DNA of 64,000 nt from the human T2T-CHM13v2.0 reference genome, Homo sapiens. This document shows, piece after piece, positions 1-13,381 of this stretch; the stretch's first letter is position 1; every line of letters begins with the position of its first letter. Location: NCBI RefSeq assembly GCF_009914755.1, contig NC_060945.1; one strand, written 5' to 3'. The position numbers were made by a program, and so were the translations under genes. Below the pieces are notes generated by a model, which saw only the letters and a list, made by a program, of their open reading frames with translations, was not told the origin of the DNA and ran no database searches.

Positions 1-1007
1 TCCATTTGTATTTCTCTAGCTTGTTTACTAAAGACATTGTGTTAATGTTTAAATCTCATTTCTCATTTTAAAATGAAACTCAAAAGATTTACATCTATGG
101 TGGTATTTTTAAAAATATGCACACACAAAACCTTTATGAAGCCAAAAATAATTGAACAATTATATTTCTGAGAAGCTGCAGAACAGTAGCTTTAATAACG
201 GGCTTTAAGCTTTAATTTGCCAAGTTGTTTTAGTACCCAAAGAAAGATATGTACTCCTGAAACTTGCATTTAAGATTCTAAGATTGACTTCTTTCCTTTA
301 AAATGCAGGGCTATCAGTGTTGCTGTATTAATGGTATAATAAGAAGGGAAAAGTGTCAGTGAATACAGCAACAGCCAAACCAGCTCAACTAGGATTGCAG
401 AAAATGGTATCTGCCTTTAGCTTGATCGTGGTAAACATTTTATTCAAGATCAAACTTTTCAAAATTCCAATTGGTCAAATAAAAGAAGAAATTGATCCTC
501 ACTGACTTTTGGAGGATATAAATAAAAAGAAAAAAGATACCACTAGACTCAAATAATTCACATTTCACTCATCCACTGTCAAACTTCAATTAATGAATAT
601 TGTTGAAATTTAATGTGTGAACAAATGTTTATATAACTTCTTATGAAAGTTAAAATTTTTACATAGAATATTGTATCCTTTTCAAATTTGTCTCTAGAGT
701 AAAATACAATAGAAAATTTCTTGTATATTTATGTACATTTTTGTTTTCAAGGCTGTAGTGCAATGTACACTTCTAAAAGAATTTGGTGTCTGCATAAACT
801 GTGTCTACATGGAGAAATCTCCAGTTTCAGAGAATATTTGATGAAAAAATGTAAAGGTAAACTGGATAAACACAATTACATGAATAATTCTAATGGATAA
901 AATAATAATGACTAGGTAAGAAGTGTAATTCACCTGAGGGTTGGTAGTACCTTGTGCGATCATCATGTTTTGGGATGCATTACTAAAGGAATCTTTCAAG
1001 ATTTTAT

Positions 1008-1220
1008 TATTTTTCTTTTCCTTTTTTTCTTTTCTCTTCCTTCCGTTCTTTCCTTCCTTCCTTCCTTCCCTCCTTCTCTCCCTCCCTCCCTCCCCTCCTT
1101 CCTTCCTTCCTCCCTCCCTCTCTTTCTCTCTTTTTTTCTTTCTTCCTTTCTTTCTTCCTTTCTTTCTTTCTCTTCCTCTCTTTCCTTTTCTTCTTTCTTT
1201 CCTTTTTTTTTCTTTCTTTT
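1008..1220. repeat. CT-rich simple repeat (TTCC/TCCC/TTTC), probably an expanded A-rich tail of the adjacent minus-strand Alu
   Basis: Near-pure pyrimidine tract directly abutting an Alu 3' end. Confidence 0.9.
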
Positions 1221-1326
1221 GACAGGGTCTCTATATTCCAGGCTAAAGTGCTGTGGTGCAATCATAGCTCCCTGCAACCTCTAACTCTTGGGCTCAAGGG
1301 ATTCTCCCACCCCAACCTCTCAAGTA
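1201..1326 (-). mobile_element. AluJ/FRAM-type partial right arm
   Basis: gacagggtct...ggtgcaatcatagctc...gggctcaagggattctccc is the reverse complement of the AluJ 3' arm. Confidence 0.8.
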
Positions 1327-1914
1327 ACCTCTCTTAAATTGCCCTTTCTTAGTCTTCTCTGTGAATGATTCTCCCTCTGAGTGTCGTTTGGATGTTGGAC
1401 TTCTTTTCTCCTCTACTGAGTCCTATTTCAGGTCTTCTGCCTAGTATTTAAATCCAACTAGCCTGCACCCTACTAGATAATGTTACTTGCTGAAAATAAA
1501 TTAATAAATAAAACAGTAAAAATGAACAGGTTATAGAAAAAAATGATGAGAGTGACTGAGACAACTTACAATAAAGTGATAAAGAAATGCCTCTTTGGGA
1601 GGGACCACTTAAACATGGGCCAATATTATGTTACTCATGTGGCTCACATCCATAGGAAAATTAGAAGCAACATAAAGAATGCTGGCAAAATCCCCAGGGT
1701 AAGAGTGTATATGATGCATCTGAGCCAAAAAGTATCAAAAAAAAAAATAAAATAAAATAGAGCAAAAAGAGAGCAAAAGAAGAGTGCCATGAGAAGTTGA
1801 GAAGGCATACAGGAGCCAAGATCATGAAAATCTTGAAATGAAGGATGTTTGGTTATACTCCAGTAGCACCAGAAAGACATTAACGGGGTTAAAAAATAAA
1901 GTGTAGCAAATGTA

Positions 1915-2620
1915 TTCATTTATTAACTCATTTGTTTTTTCCAAAGAAATTTGCCTCATTCCTATGTGCCCAGCACTGGGTAAGTGCTGGGGCTATGATG
2001 TAAAAAAACAAAAAACACCATTTTGTTCTCATGAAACTTACAGTTTAGCGAGGACTGGAATATTAAACGAATATACATATGTAAATCCAAACTGATATTT
2101 GCTCTGAATGAAAGAAATATGGTTTCAAAAGGATTATAATATAGAATCTGACACAGATTAAGAAGTCAGGAAATGCATCTTAGAGGAAAGAATCATGAAG
2201 CTGAGATCTGGAGGATGTGAGGAGATACATGCGCTGTCATCACTGTTGTACAGGGAGCATAGCACATGTGAGATGCTAAAAGAAGGGCAATATGGCCCAA
2301 CTGCAGAATATAGAGGTTATTGTAATGTGGGACAAGGCTGCAAAAATACAAGAAAAATCATAATATGCCATATAAGCCAGGTAAGAATTTGGTTTTTAGC
2401 CTCAGAGCAATGGGAAGCCATTGAAAGGTTTTAAGCTGTTAGTGAGATAATTGGATGTGAAAATGCGATGGCATGTTTCCAAGAGATTGAAAGGAAACCA
2501 GATTGGATAAAGAGAGACTATGATAGAGAGATTATTACCAGTTTCAAGGCAGGAAATAATAGTAACCTTGTTCAAGATGGTAGCAGTGGATATGAACGAA
2601 ATGGACAAATTCTACCTATG
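1915..2620 (-). mobile_element. LINE-2 3' fragment; probably continues at about 3740-3975
   Basis: ttcatttatt...tatgtgcccagcactggg...ctcatgaaacttacagtttag and aatgggaagccattgaaaggttttaagc match the antisense L2 3' end. Confidence 0.7.
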
Positions 2621-2658
2621 TTTTGGACAGTATTTACCACCTTTATTTCTAATCACTC

Positions 2659-3554
<896 letters not shown>

Positions 3555-4213
3555 CACTCAACTTCTTAGACATTTTTAATAGCCCCTCCTCTATGAAAAT
3601 TTTAATACAAAGGTATAAAGTGTATCTGATTAAGTAGTGTGTGTATGACTGTTCTTTGTACATTAAAACATTTTTTTAATCCCCCTCCAAAAAAGTACCA
3701 ATTGTAATCCTCTGAGGGCAGTATATAATTCATGGAGGCTACATGCTTTAGGAGTGATAATTCAACAAGTCATGGCAGTGGTTTGAACATAGGAAGAAAA
3801 AGGAAGAGACTGTCAAACTTTCTAGCTTGCATAATTTAATGGTTTTACTTTTTTGAGAAAAAGAATACCAGAAATGAACTAGGTTTAAATGAGGGCAGGT
3901 AAGATAGTTTTTGTTTCAGCATATCAAGTCTGAATTGTTTTTGAGAACTCTAAATAAAACTGTTGGTAGGAGATGTTTTCCCTTTCGTTTCTGGCACAAG
4001 CAGGGAGTGCAGCTGCAGAGAAGATGCCTTTGTAAATCATTGCATTTCTGAAGGCAACATCTTCCCACTTACAAAGTCTGGAACTGGAAGACCTAAGCAG
4101 CCCTGCTGATACCAGTGGAATTGGAAATGGAATGGAGTGAGAATGAAAGAGAATATTTTGACTGGCAGACTCCAGTCACAGAGTCTGAATCAGGGAAAGA
4201 AACCCCTTGTGTA

Positions 4214-4624
4214 ACTGGTGTGAGATGGTATCTCATTGTGGTTTTGATTTGCATTTCTCTGATGGCCAGTGATGATGAGCATTTTTTCATGTGTCTGTTG
4301 GCTGCATAAATGTCTTCTTTTGAGAAGTGTCTGTTCATATCCTTCGCCCACTTTCTGATGGGGTTATTTTTTTCTTGTAAATTCATAGGTAGGAATTGAA
4401 CAATGAGAACACTTGGACACAGGAAGGGGAACATCACACACAGGGGCCTGTTGTGGGGTGGGGGAAGGGGGGACGGATAGCATTAGGGGATATACCTAAT
4501 GTAAATGACGAGTTAATGGGTGCAGCACACCAACATGGCACATGTATACATATGTAACAAACCTGCACGTTGTGCACATGTACCCTAGAACTTAAAGTAT
4601 AATTAAAAAAAAAAAAAAAAAAGA
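4214..4624 (+). mobile_element. 5'-truncated, 5'-inverted L1PA (L1PA4-6-like)
   Basis: 4214-4383 is antisense ORF2 C-terminus ([15 protein letters not shown]...YHLTPV); 4384-4624 is sense 3'UTR plus poly-A; 18-bp TSD aaagaaac(c/t)ccttgtgta at 4196-4213 and 4625-4642. Confidence 0.93.
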
Positions 4625-5564
4625 AAAGAAACTCCTTGTGTATCCAGGGAGACTTGGGAGTAAGGCCAGGTTTTGTGTGTGCATGTGTTTTGTTTTTTGT
4701 TTTTTGGGTTTTTTTTTTTTTTAACTCTCTTGAATAAATCTGGGAGTTGATGGAAAGAATAGATTAAATGCTAAAATCTTCCTAATGTCTTATTCTGGTA
4801 GTAAAGAAGTAAAGAGGTTATAAAAAATTAATATCAATGGTGTGGAAACAGTTGAAAAATAAAACATCTTGGAGGGGGTTTGTTTTTTTCTTCAATTTTC
4901 ATCGACAATAGAGAACAAGCTTAATTTGACTTTTTGGAATAGAAGTTATGGCTCAAACATTTAAAAGCATAGTTAGAATCTAAAAAATGAAACAGAAAAT
5001 GAACTAATCAAGCAAGCAAAGACTATATAAGACAAAAAGAAAATTGACAACATAGTAAAATAAATTATAAACACAAAAAAGATAAAAGGACTAAAACAAT
5101 TTCACTTACAATACAAAATGAGAACAGGCTAAATTCTCTAAAACTTAAAACAGTGACTTTCAAATTGTAATTTAAAAAATACTGCCATATTCTCTATGGT
5201 TCCGTATGTAACTATGTTTGCTTACCACCCATTAGGCTATTTTACAATTCTCATGCAATGGTAATACAACTAAATATTTTAAGGAGACATGCAATTGCTT
5301 TATGATCAATAGAAACAATAATCCCAGAGGTTGTCTTCTTGATACTTTATAGCTATTAGTTATTGTAAACAAGGCCCAAAATGTTCATTTATACCTACCA
5401 CTTTGAGGAAAAGGGGACTTAACTTTTTCAGGATTACCTTTCTGATAGGATTTTGTTATGGAAGATAACAAAAACCACTGAATTAACTTGTTTCTCTTTT
5501 CAGCTATGGAAATGGGCTTGATCATTATTATTTTTTAATTCTTACTATCTTTATCAGTTTTAAT

Positions 5565-6093
5565 CTGTATGTGTGATGTGACATACTGTTATATTTATAT
5601 AACAGTGATGTGATATACTGTTATAGAGATACAACAGCATATTAATATGTGTGATGTGATATATTGTTTTATTGATATACTTTTCTTTTTTTCAAATGAG
5701 ACATTTGTTTAATGTTCTATAGGGCAAAAAAACCTATAGTGTTTGGGAATATTCACATTTCTGTACTCAAGATGTGGAAAATAGTTAATATATTTTGTAT
5801 GCATCATTGACTGTTTAAGAGTTTGAAATGAATGTGTATTAACTTTGTAATTATATTATTTTAAAAGAATAGTAAACAAGTATTTTAAATGCTTTACAAA
5901 AAAGAACATGAAGTTACTAGTTGCACTTGTAAGTTCTTAATAAGTGACTGTTCCTTAATAAGTGACTGTTAACAGTATATCACATCACACATCAAATAAC
6001 TTATCAAGTCACTTATCTGTGATATTGTTATAATGGTATAACAGCATATATCACATCACACATACACAACAGTATATCACATCACACATACAG
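5565..6093. repeat. Imperfect inverted repeat of a ~20-26 bp unit (tatgtgtgatgtgatatactgtt), three copies on each side of a ~300-bp spacer
   Basis: 5565-5590 is the reverse complement of 6068-6093 with 1 mismatch; further copies at 5605, 5646 (+) and 5971, 6040 (-). Confidence 0.85.
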
Positions 6094-6296
6094 ACTAATC
6101 TTAAATTACAGGATTCTGATTGCATCACTTATCAAGAATCATTACTTTGGAAAAATTGCTAACAACATAATTGCCCATAAAATACATACCCTATCAAGGA
6201 CTTGAAGAAAGCCTTAGTCAAATATCACCAACACCCAACAACTACATTCTGGGATTTGGCTTAAACATGACTGTCTTACTTTCTTTTAAAAATCTA

Positions 6297-6789
6297 ATAC
6301 ATTGTTATTACTGTAGTCACCATGTTGTACAATGTATCTCTTGAACTTATTTCTTCCAGTTGAAATTTTGTATTCTTTTACCAACATCTCCCCAAATGCC
6401 CTCACCCCTCCCAACTTCTGGTAACTAACATTCTACTCTTTCATGAGTTCACCTTTTTTGGATTCCACACATAAGTGAGATCATGCAGTATTTGTCTTTC
6501 TGTGCCTAGTATATCTCACTTACCATAACATATCCATGTTCACCCATGTTATCACAAGCAATAGGGCTTTATTCTTCTTTAAGGTTAGATAGTAGTTTAT
6601 TGTGTATATGTACCATATGTTATTTATTTACTCATTTGTTGATGGACACTTAGCTTGATTCCATATTATGGCTATTGTGAATAAAGCTGCAGAAGTTTTA
6701 TTCTGCACATAGCAGTGCAGATACCTCTTCAAGATTTGGATTGCATTTACTCTCTCTCTCTCTCTCTATATATATACATATATATCGAT

Positions 6790-6831
<42 letters not shown>

Positions 6832-6870
6832 GATAGAGATAGAGATATATAGTAATGGGATTGCTGGGTT
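6297..6870 (-). mobile_element. L1MA-type 3' end (L1MA8/9-like)
   Basis: ctgtagtcaccatgttgtacaat...gattccacacataagtgagatcatgcagtatttgtctttctgtgcc...gatggacacttag. Confidence 0.85.
6750..6852. repeat. Compound microsatellite (TC)n(TA)n(ATAG)10
   Basis: Ten perfect ATAG units at 6791-6830. Confidence 0.95.
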
Positions 6871-7109
6871 GACCATTATTTTTAATTTTATAAATGTTAC
6901 CTATATTGGATACCTTTTCTGGTCCAACTATATTCTATACAAACAGACAAACAAAATAATCAAAAACCAAAAATGCTATTGGAGTAGTCTGTATAATTGA
7001 AAAATATATATATACTTATATTTATTTTGGAGGGAGTTGTATTCGTTGTACAACTGCTAAATAAGGAAAGATTTTGAGTTGGTCTCACTTCAGTAAAAGA
7101 CTCACTTAC

Positions 7110-7140
7110 CTGGATGTTTATCTGATATGTGGCCAAGTGT
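7110..7140 (-). ncRNA. Candidate 31-nt internal exon of a minus-strand spliced transcript
   Basis: Minus strand reads ttcttgtgatttttatcttgtctaactcttcAG|ACACTTGGCCACATATCAGATAAACATCCAG|GTAAGTGAG: pyrimidine tract, branch-like CTAAC and a perfect consensus donor in non-repeat sequence. Confidence 0.5.
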
Positions 7141-7744
7141 CTGAAGAGTTAGACAAGATAAAAATCACAAGAACACACGTTTGTGGTTGAATATGGATAG
7201 TTGCCATCTGACTGTAATAATGAATAGAAATCAGAGTTTTGCTACCAGGTACTCTGCTCGTAGTAATCACAGTAGTTTGTATGTGTACAATGATGAATAG
7301 TGTTGTAGTTGTTGGCATTATTCTTATTCGGATGTTGCTGTGTATTGACTGTCACATTGTATCAGAGGACTAGCTTCTATGTATAGTGTGTAGTATAATG
7401 TTTGAGACTAAAATGATTCTAAAGAGCACCAATGTGTTTCTACCATTCAAGAAACCTTTTTTTTTTCTTTGCGTCTGTGAGACATATGAGAAAATCAATA
7501 AATTTACTTTCTTGGAAAAATAAACACTTCCTATGTAAACAAACATAGACCTTTAGAGCAGTATAAATTGTTTGTGAAAATAGTTTAATTGCAGCAAACA
7601 CACAGAAAGGATTAACTTATTTTCAGATTTGGTAGTTGCTACTGTGCATGTCTTTTTTTCTTTTAATCTACACCAAGAAACCCAGATTCAAATGCTTAGT
7701 ATTATACAATATTTGGTAGTTTTTATTTTTGATCAAATCTTTAA

Positions 7745-8236
7745 AAGCAAGAAATTTTTAGAAGGCACAAAAAGCACAAACTGTAAAAGAAGAAAACAAA
7801 AACAAAAAAATGACGTTAGTCTTAATCAAACTTAAAGATTTCTTCTCTTTGTAACATGCTGTTAAAAATGAAAGCCTCAGACTAGGACAAACTATATTCA
7901 ATACATCTCAAATATATTTGACAATGCACTTGTATCTATAATGTATAAAGAGCCCTTAAAATTCAATAAGAAGACAAAACAAGTTTCTTTTTAAATGGAC
8001 AAAGATTGTAAAAGACAGTTCACAAAGATAACAAATAAGAAACAAACAAGCCTATGAAAATAAGTTCAACAACATTATCCATCTGATAAATGAAAATAAA
8101 AATCTAAATGAGATAATACCACAGACCTATTAAGATAGTTAAAGTTAAAAAGATTGACAATACCACATGTGAGTAAGCATATAAACAACTAGATTTCTCA
8201 TACATTGCTAGTGAGAATGTGAAATAGTATAATCAC
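7745..8236 (+). mobile_element. Old L1M ORF2 3' fragment, resumes after the MaLR at about 10358-10400
   Basis: aaatggacaaagattgtaaaagacagttcacaaag...catacattgctagtgagaatgtgaaatagtataatcac|...cactttggaaaa. Confidence 0.7.
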
Positions 8237-10352
8237 TGACATTGTTTAGTTCTGTGTCCTCACCCAAATCTCGAACTGTAATCCCCATGTATCAAAGGAG
8301 GACCTGGTAGGAGGTGTTTGGATCATGGGGACAGTCTCCCCCATGCTGTTCTTATGATAGTGATTGAGTTCTCATGAGATCTGATGGTTTTATAAGGGGC
8401 TCTTCCCCCTTCACTCACTCTCTCTCCTGCCACCATATAAGACGTGCCTGCTACCCCTTCCTCCATGATTTTAAGTTTCCTGAGGCCTCCCCAGCCATGC
8501 AAAACTGTGAGTCAATTAACCCTCTTTTCTTTATAAATTACGCAGTCCCAGGCAGTTCTTTATAGTAGTGTAAAAACAGACTAATATAGAGAAATTTGTA
8601 CCAGGAGTGGGGCACTGCTATAAAGATACCTGAAAATGTGGAAGCGACTTTGGAACTGGGTAATAGGCAGAGGTTGGGAACAGTTTGAGAGAACTCATTG
8701 GGAAATGGAGCAAAGGTTGCTCTTGCTACACTTTAGCAAAAACACTTGCAGCATTTTGCTCCGGCCCTAGACATCTGTGGAACTTTGAAATTGAGAGAGA
8801 TGATCTGAAATTGGAACTTATACTTAAAAGGGAAACAGAGCATAAAAGTTTGGAAAATTTGCAGCCCGACCCTATGTTACAAAAATAAAAAGCCATTTTC
8901 TGTGCAGAAATTCACCTGGCTGCAGAAATTTGCATAAGTAATGAGGAGCTGAATGTTAATAGCCAAGACAATGGGGAAAATGTCTCCTAAGGGCCTGTAA
9001 GAGACCTTCACAGTAGCCCCTAATATCACAGGCCTGGAAGCCAAGGAGGGAAAATTGGTTTTGTGGGCAAGGCCCAGGGCCTACTTCTTTGTGCAGTATC
9101 CCAACTTGGTGCCCTGTGTCCCACCCACTCTAGCTCTAGCCATGGCTAAAAGGGGACAAGGTAACACTTGAGCCATTGCTTCAGAAGGTGCTATCGATAA
9201 GCCTTGGTCTCCATGTGATGTTGGGCCTAGGCGTGCACAGAATTCAAGAATTGAAGTTGAGAAACCTCCACATAGATTTCAGAGAATGTATGGAAATGCC
9301 TAGATGTCCAGGCAGAAGTCTGCTGCAGGGGAAGAGCCCTCATGGAGAGTCTCTGCTAGGGCAGTGCAAAAGGGAAATGTGGAATTGGAACCCCCACACA
9401 GAGGCCCCACTGGGGCATGCCTAATGGATCTGTGAGAAGAGGGCCATCATCCTCCAGATCCGAGAATGGCAGATCCACTAACAACTTGGACTATGTGTGT
9501 GGAAAAGCTGCAGACACTTAATGTTAGCCCAGAAAGCAGCTGCAGGAGCTGTACCCTGCAAAGCCACAGGGGCAGAGCTGCCCAAGGATGTGGGTGCCCA
9601 CTCCTTGCATCAGCATCCTCTGGATGTGAAACATGGAGTCAAAGTAGATTATTTCAAAGCTTTAAGATTTAGTGATTGCCCCATAGGATTTCTGACTTGC
9701 ATGGGACCTGTAACCCCTTTGTTTTGGTCAATTTCTCCCATTTGGAATGGGAGAATTTATCCAATGCCTGTACTCTTTTGGAAGCAACTAAATTGTTTTG
9801 TATTTGTATCTTGGAAGTAACTAACTTGTTTCTTATTTTACAGGATTATAGGCAGAAGGAACTTGCCTTGTCTCAAAAAAGGCTTTGGACTTGGACTTTT
9901 GAGTTAATGCTGAAATGAGTTAAGACTTTGGGGGACTGTTGAGAAAGCATGATTGTGTTTGAAATGTGAGGACATGAGATTTGGGAGGGGCCAGGGGCAG
10001 AATTATATGATTGGGCTCTGTGTCTCCACCCAAATCTCATCTCTAACATGTTGGAGGAGGGACCTGAGGGGAGGTAATTGGATCATGGGGGCCATTGCCC
10101 CCATGCTGTTCTCATAATAGTGAGTAAATTCACATGAAATCTGATGGTTTTATAAGGAACATTTCCCCCTTTGCTTGCTCTCTCTTTTTCCTGCCATCAT
10201 GTATGACATGCCTGCTTCCTCTTTGGCCATCATTGCAAGTTTCATGAGGCCTCCCCAGCCATGCAGAACTGTGATTCAATTAACCCTCTTTTCTTTATAA
10301 ATGACCCAGTTTCAAGAAGCTCTTTATAGCAGTGTGAAAATGGACAAATACG
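8237..10352 (+). mobile_element. Full-length MaLR provirus (THE1D/MSTA-like): 5' LTR 8237-8588, internal 8589-10002, 3' LTR 10003-10352
   Basis: Two similar ~350-bp LTRs, typical THE1/MST internal sequence, purine tract gggaggggccaggggcagaa before the 3' LTR, TSD atcac/accac. Confidence 0.92.
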
Positions 10353-10439
10353 ACCACTTTGGAAAAAGAGTTTTGTAGTTTTTTTTTTAAAAGTTAACTA
10401 TGCTGGTATACAAAACACCTAACCCAACTGGAGCAAATA

Positions 10440-11015
10440 TGACACTTCTAGTAGTTATACATAAGAATTAAGGGGAAGAGGAAGTTAAAGAGTGGTTGAT
10501 TCATGGGTACTAATATACAGTTTGATAGAGGAAATAAGACAGTGTTTGATAAATCAGTGACTATAATTTATAATTATTTTATATATCAAAATTGCTTGTA
10601 GAGAATAATGCAAATGTGCCTAGCATAAAGAAAAGACAAATATTTCAGGCAATGGATGTATCCCAATTACATCTGCAAATTTCCTGTTACCATGGTAACA
10701 TATTCACCGGTTTCTGGGATTAGGATATGGACATTTGGCAAGGAGGAGGCATTATTCTGCCTACCAAACATGTATGTAACCATTAAGATTTGGGGTCATA
10801 TTTACTGTTACAGCATAGCCTAGCCTATTGTGATTAATAGAGAATAATGCAAATGTGCCTACCATAAAGAAAAGACAAATATTTAAGGCAATGGATGTAC
10901 CCAATTACACTGATTTGATATTTATCAAATGCAAGAAGTTTACGTGAATTAACTTATTACATGTATTTCGAAAATATTTACATCTATTATGTATCAATAA
11001 AAAATAAAATTTTAA
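10440..11015 (+). mobile_element. L1MA-type 3'UTR carrying a templated insertion
   Basis: catgggtactaatatacagtttgatagaggaaataagac...ggcaatggatgtacccaattacactgatttgat...tatgtatcaataaaaaataaaa. Confidence 0.75.
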
Positions 11016-11172
11016 AAATAGTTGTGAGGAGTTTAGTCATCTGGAGCGTGGCTGTGTTTTGTAATGAGGATGTAATAATGAAATAAGGATAATGAGATAT
11101 ATTGAGAATTTTGGGGTAGATCAACATGATAGAACCACCATTTGCTTCAAAAGTTACTGTATGTATTTTTAT

Positions 11173-11218
11173 TTTTATTTTTTTGAGACGGAGTCTCTCT
11201 CACTCTGTTGCCCAGGCT
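11173..11218 (-). mobile_element. Extremely 5'-truncated Alu (~35 bp plus tail)
   Basis: ttttgagacggagtctctctcactctgttgcccaggct flanked by 22-bp direct repeat aagttactgtatgtatttttat (11151-11172, 11220-11241). Confidence 0.85.
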
Positions 11219-12824
11219 CAAGTTACTGTATGTATTTTTATATACATTTTTAGGGTATACTTTTTACAAAGACCACTGGGATTTATTTTATATTTTGGAA
11301 TAAACAAAAGTAGTTCTATTCTCAAATGTATAACTAATTTGTTTAGGATCTATTTTAGGTTGCTTAACTCTTTGGCATGAGTTTGCTTTTGTGTAAAATA
11401 GGTATTTTAACATATTTCTTATCTTACAGAGTAATTGTAAAGGTGAAATAACATGCTGGATATGTAACTGGCTTGAAAATTATAAAATGTTGATTAAATG
11501 CAAACTATTGTATTCAAACAACTATTAATTTTATCAATTTCATTTATATGATTATTAAGAATATTAAAAGGTCTAAAATAATTAAATCTAACTGTGGTCA
11601 TTTGCCATTATTAATTATTAGGTAATAGACACCATAATGACTAAATAACTCAATCTGTAGAAATAAAAGAGGAATAGATATTACTTATATACTTTTGAAA
11701 ATGTTTGCTTTGGCTTTATTCCAGTCATCCTGGAAAATAATTCTGCATAGGGTAAAGTTGCAAAGATTACTGAAAATCTGCTTTTTTAAGTGCTTCAGGA
11801 CTGTTTTTCTTTAAACCCTAACACTTATTTTATAAATACTCCCTTGGTCACAAGAGGTAATAATTATTGCAATAATAGTTTTAAGTTCTGTAATATATAC
11901 CATATGAGAAAACAGGATGTGTCAAAAACAGAAATCTCTTCAAGAGGTGAATGCTAGATCACCCTTTTGAAATCATGCTTCAATAGTTATCCATATGCTT
12001 TAGAGAAAAATTTGGCAAGTTTATTAAAATCAGTGGGATAGAGTCACCTAATTTCAGATATGCTGAACTAGACATTGTAGTTTGCCAATTATATTAAATT
12101 ATAATTAGTAAAAATAACAATGCTTTAAGGTTTGGGCAAAATCCAAAGACTCACAAATGTTGAAATAACAAAACTGGAGATTGAACATGAAAATGGTTCT
12201 CAAATTATAACAATGAATTATGAATTACATTGTTCAGGTTTTACTCAAATGGAAACTCTTTGGCTGCTTTTAGATACTGATTTTTTAGTAAATAAAGTGT
12301 TTAACTAAAGAGTTTTGAAAAACCTGGGACACATTTACCATCTTACTATAAACCCAGCTGATTAAGACATTAATTTTTGAGGTAATAAATATATGTAGCA
12401 TAGAACCCTTCTCTAACACCTAACACATATTATGTCCTATACCTATCTATTTAAATGTCCATTTATTCTTATACAACTGTGCACTCCAAAGAAAGGACTG
12501 GTGTTCTATTCATCTTTGTATCTCTATTCCCAGAAAAAGTTCAATAAGTGCCATAATCCCAAGTGTAAATAATGTAAATCAACAGCCATTTCTAAGCTTG
12601 AAGGTTTGGTGCTGAACACTTTACACATATTACCTAATTGTATCTTCATATAAATGCTATGAAATATTTAATGGTTTTTCTAATTATTTATAATGATGAC
12701 AGGTAAGCATAAATATTACATATTCACTTCAGATTAAACTTTAATACTATATTTAACATCTATATTTTAAAAATCAGCATAATGAACACTGTGGAAAAAT
12801 AGTTACATTTTAATAGGTAAAATT

Positions 12825-12867
12825 AAAAGTAATGGCAAAAACCACCATTACTTTTATACCAACCTAC
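12825..12867. mobile_element. Half MADE1 (Hsmar1-derived MITE)
   Basis: aaaagtaatggcaaaaaccaccattacttttataccaaccta matches one MADE1 terminal inverted repeat arm. Confidence 0.75.
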
Positions 12868-12989
12868 TATATGATTCTGAGAAAATCAACTTAATGAAAT
12901 ATTTCAGAAAGTAGAGAAAAGACATCAGAAAGATCAAATTCTAAAGGATAATACAAAAGGCAAAGGAATGCAGATCAATTCTAAGAAAA

Positions 12990-13310
12990 GTGGCTGGGCA
13001 TGGTGGCTCATGCCTGTAATGTGAGCAGTTTCAGAGGCTGAGGTGGGAAGATTACTTGCCATGAGTTCAGGGCCAGCCTGGGCAGTCTAGTGAAACCCTT
13101 CCTTTATAAAAAAAATTAAAAATAAGCCAAGTGTGGTGATGTGTACCTGTAGTACCAGCTACACAGGAGGCTAAAGCAAGTGGATCGATTGAGCCAAGAA
13201 CTTCGGGGCTGCAGTGAGCTAGGATTGAGCCACTGCATTCCAGCCTGGGCAACACAGTGAAGCCCTGTCTAAAATTAAATTAAATTGAAATATATAAAAT
13301 AAAATAAAAT
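12990..13310 (+). mobile_element. AluJ, full length, diverged
   Basis: Dimeric Alu with J-type diagnostics (gattacttg...ggccagcctgggca...ggatcgattgagccaagaa...ggctgcagtgagct). Confidence 0.9.
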
Positions 13311-13381
13311 CATAAATTACTACTGGAAGAAAAACAATCAGACATGTATTTGTGTTGTAATCTTCATAAGAATAAACTTCC

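Noticed and set aside
941-1284. Overlapping 84-110 aa ORFs rich in F/L/S/P or K/E/R/G (also 2890-3335, 51581-52237, 54351-54585)
   Set aside because: Stop-free translations of CT/GA simple repeats, not genes
5565-6093. CRISPR-like repeat-spacer array
   Set aside because: Primate DNA, irregular spacing, units in both orientations, no cas genes
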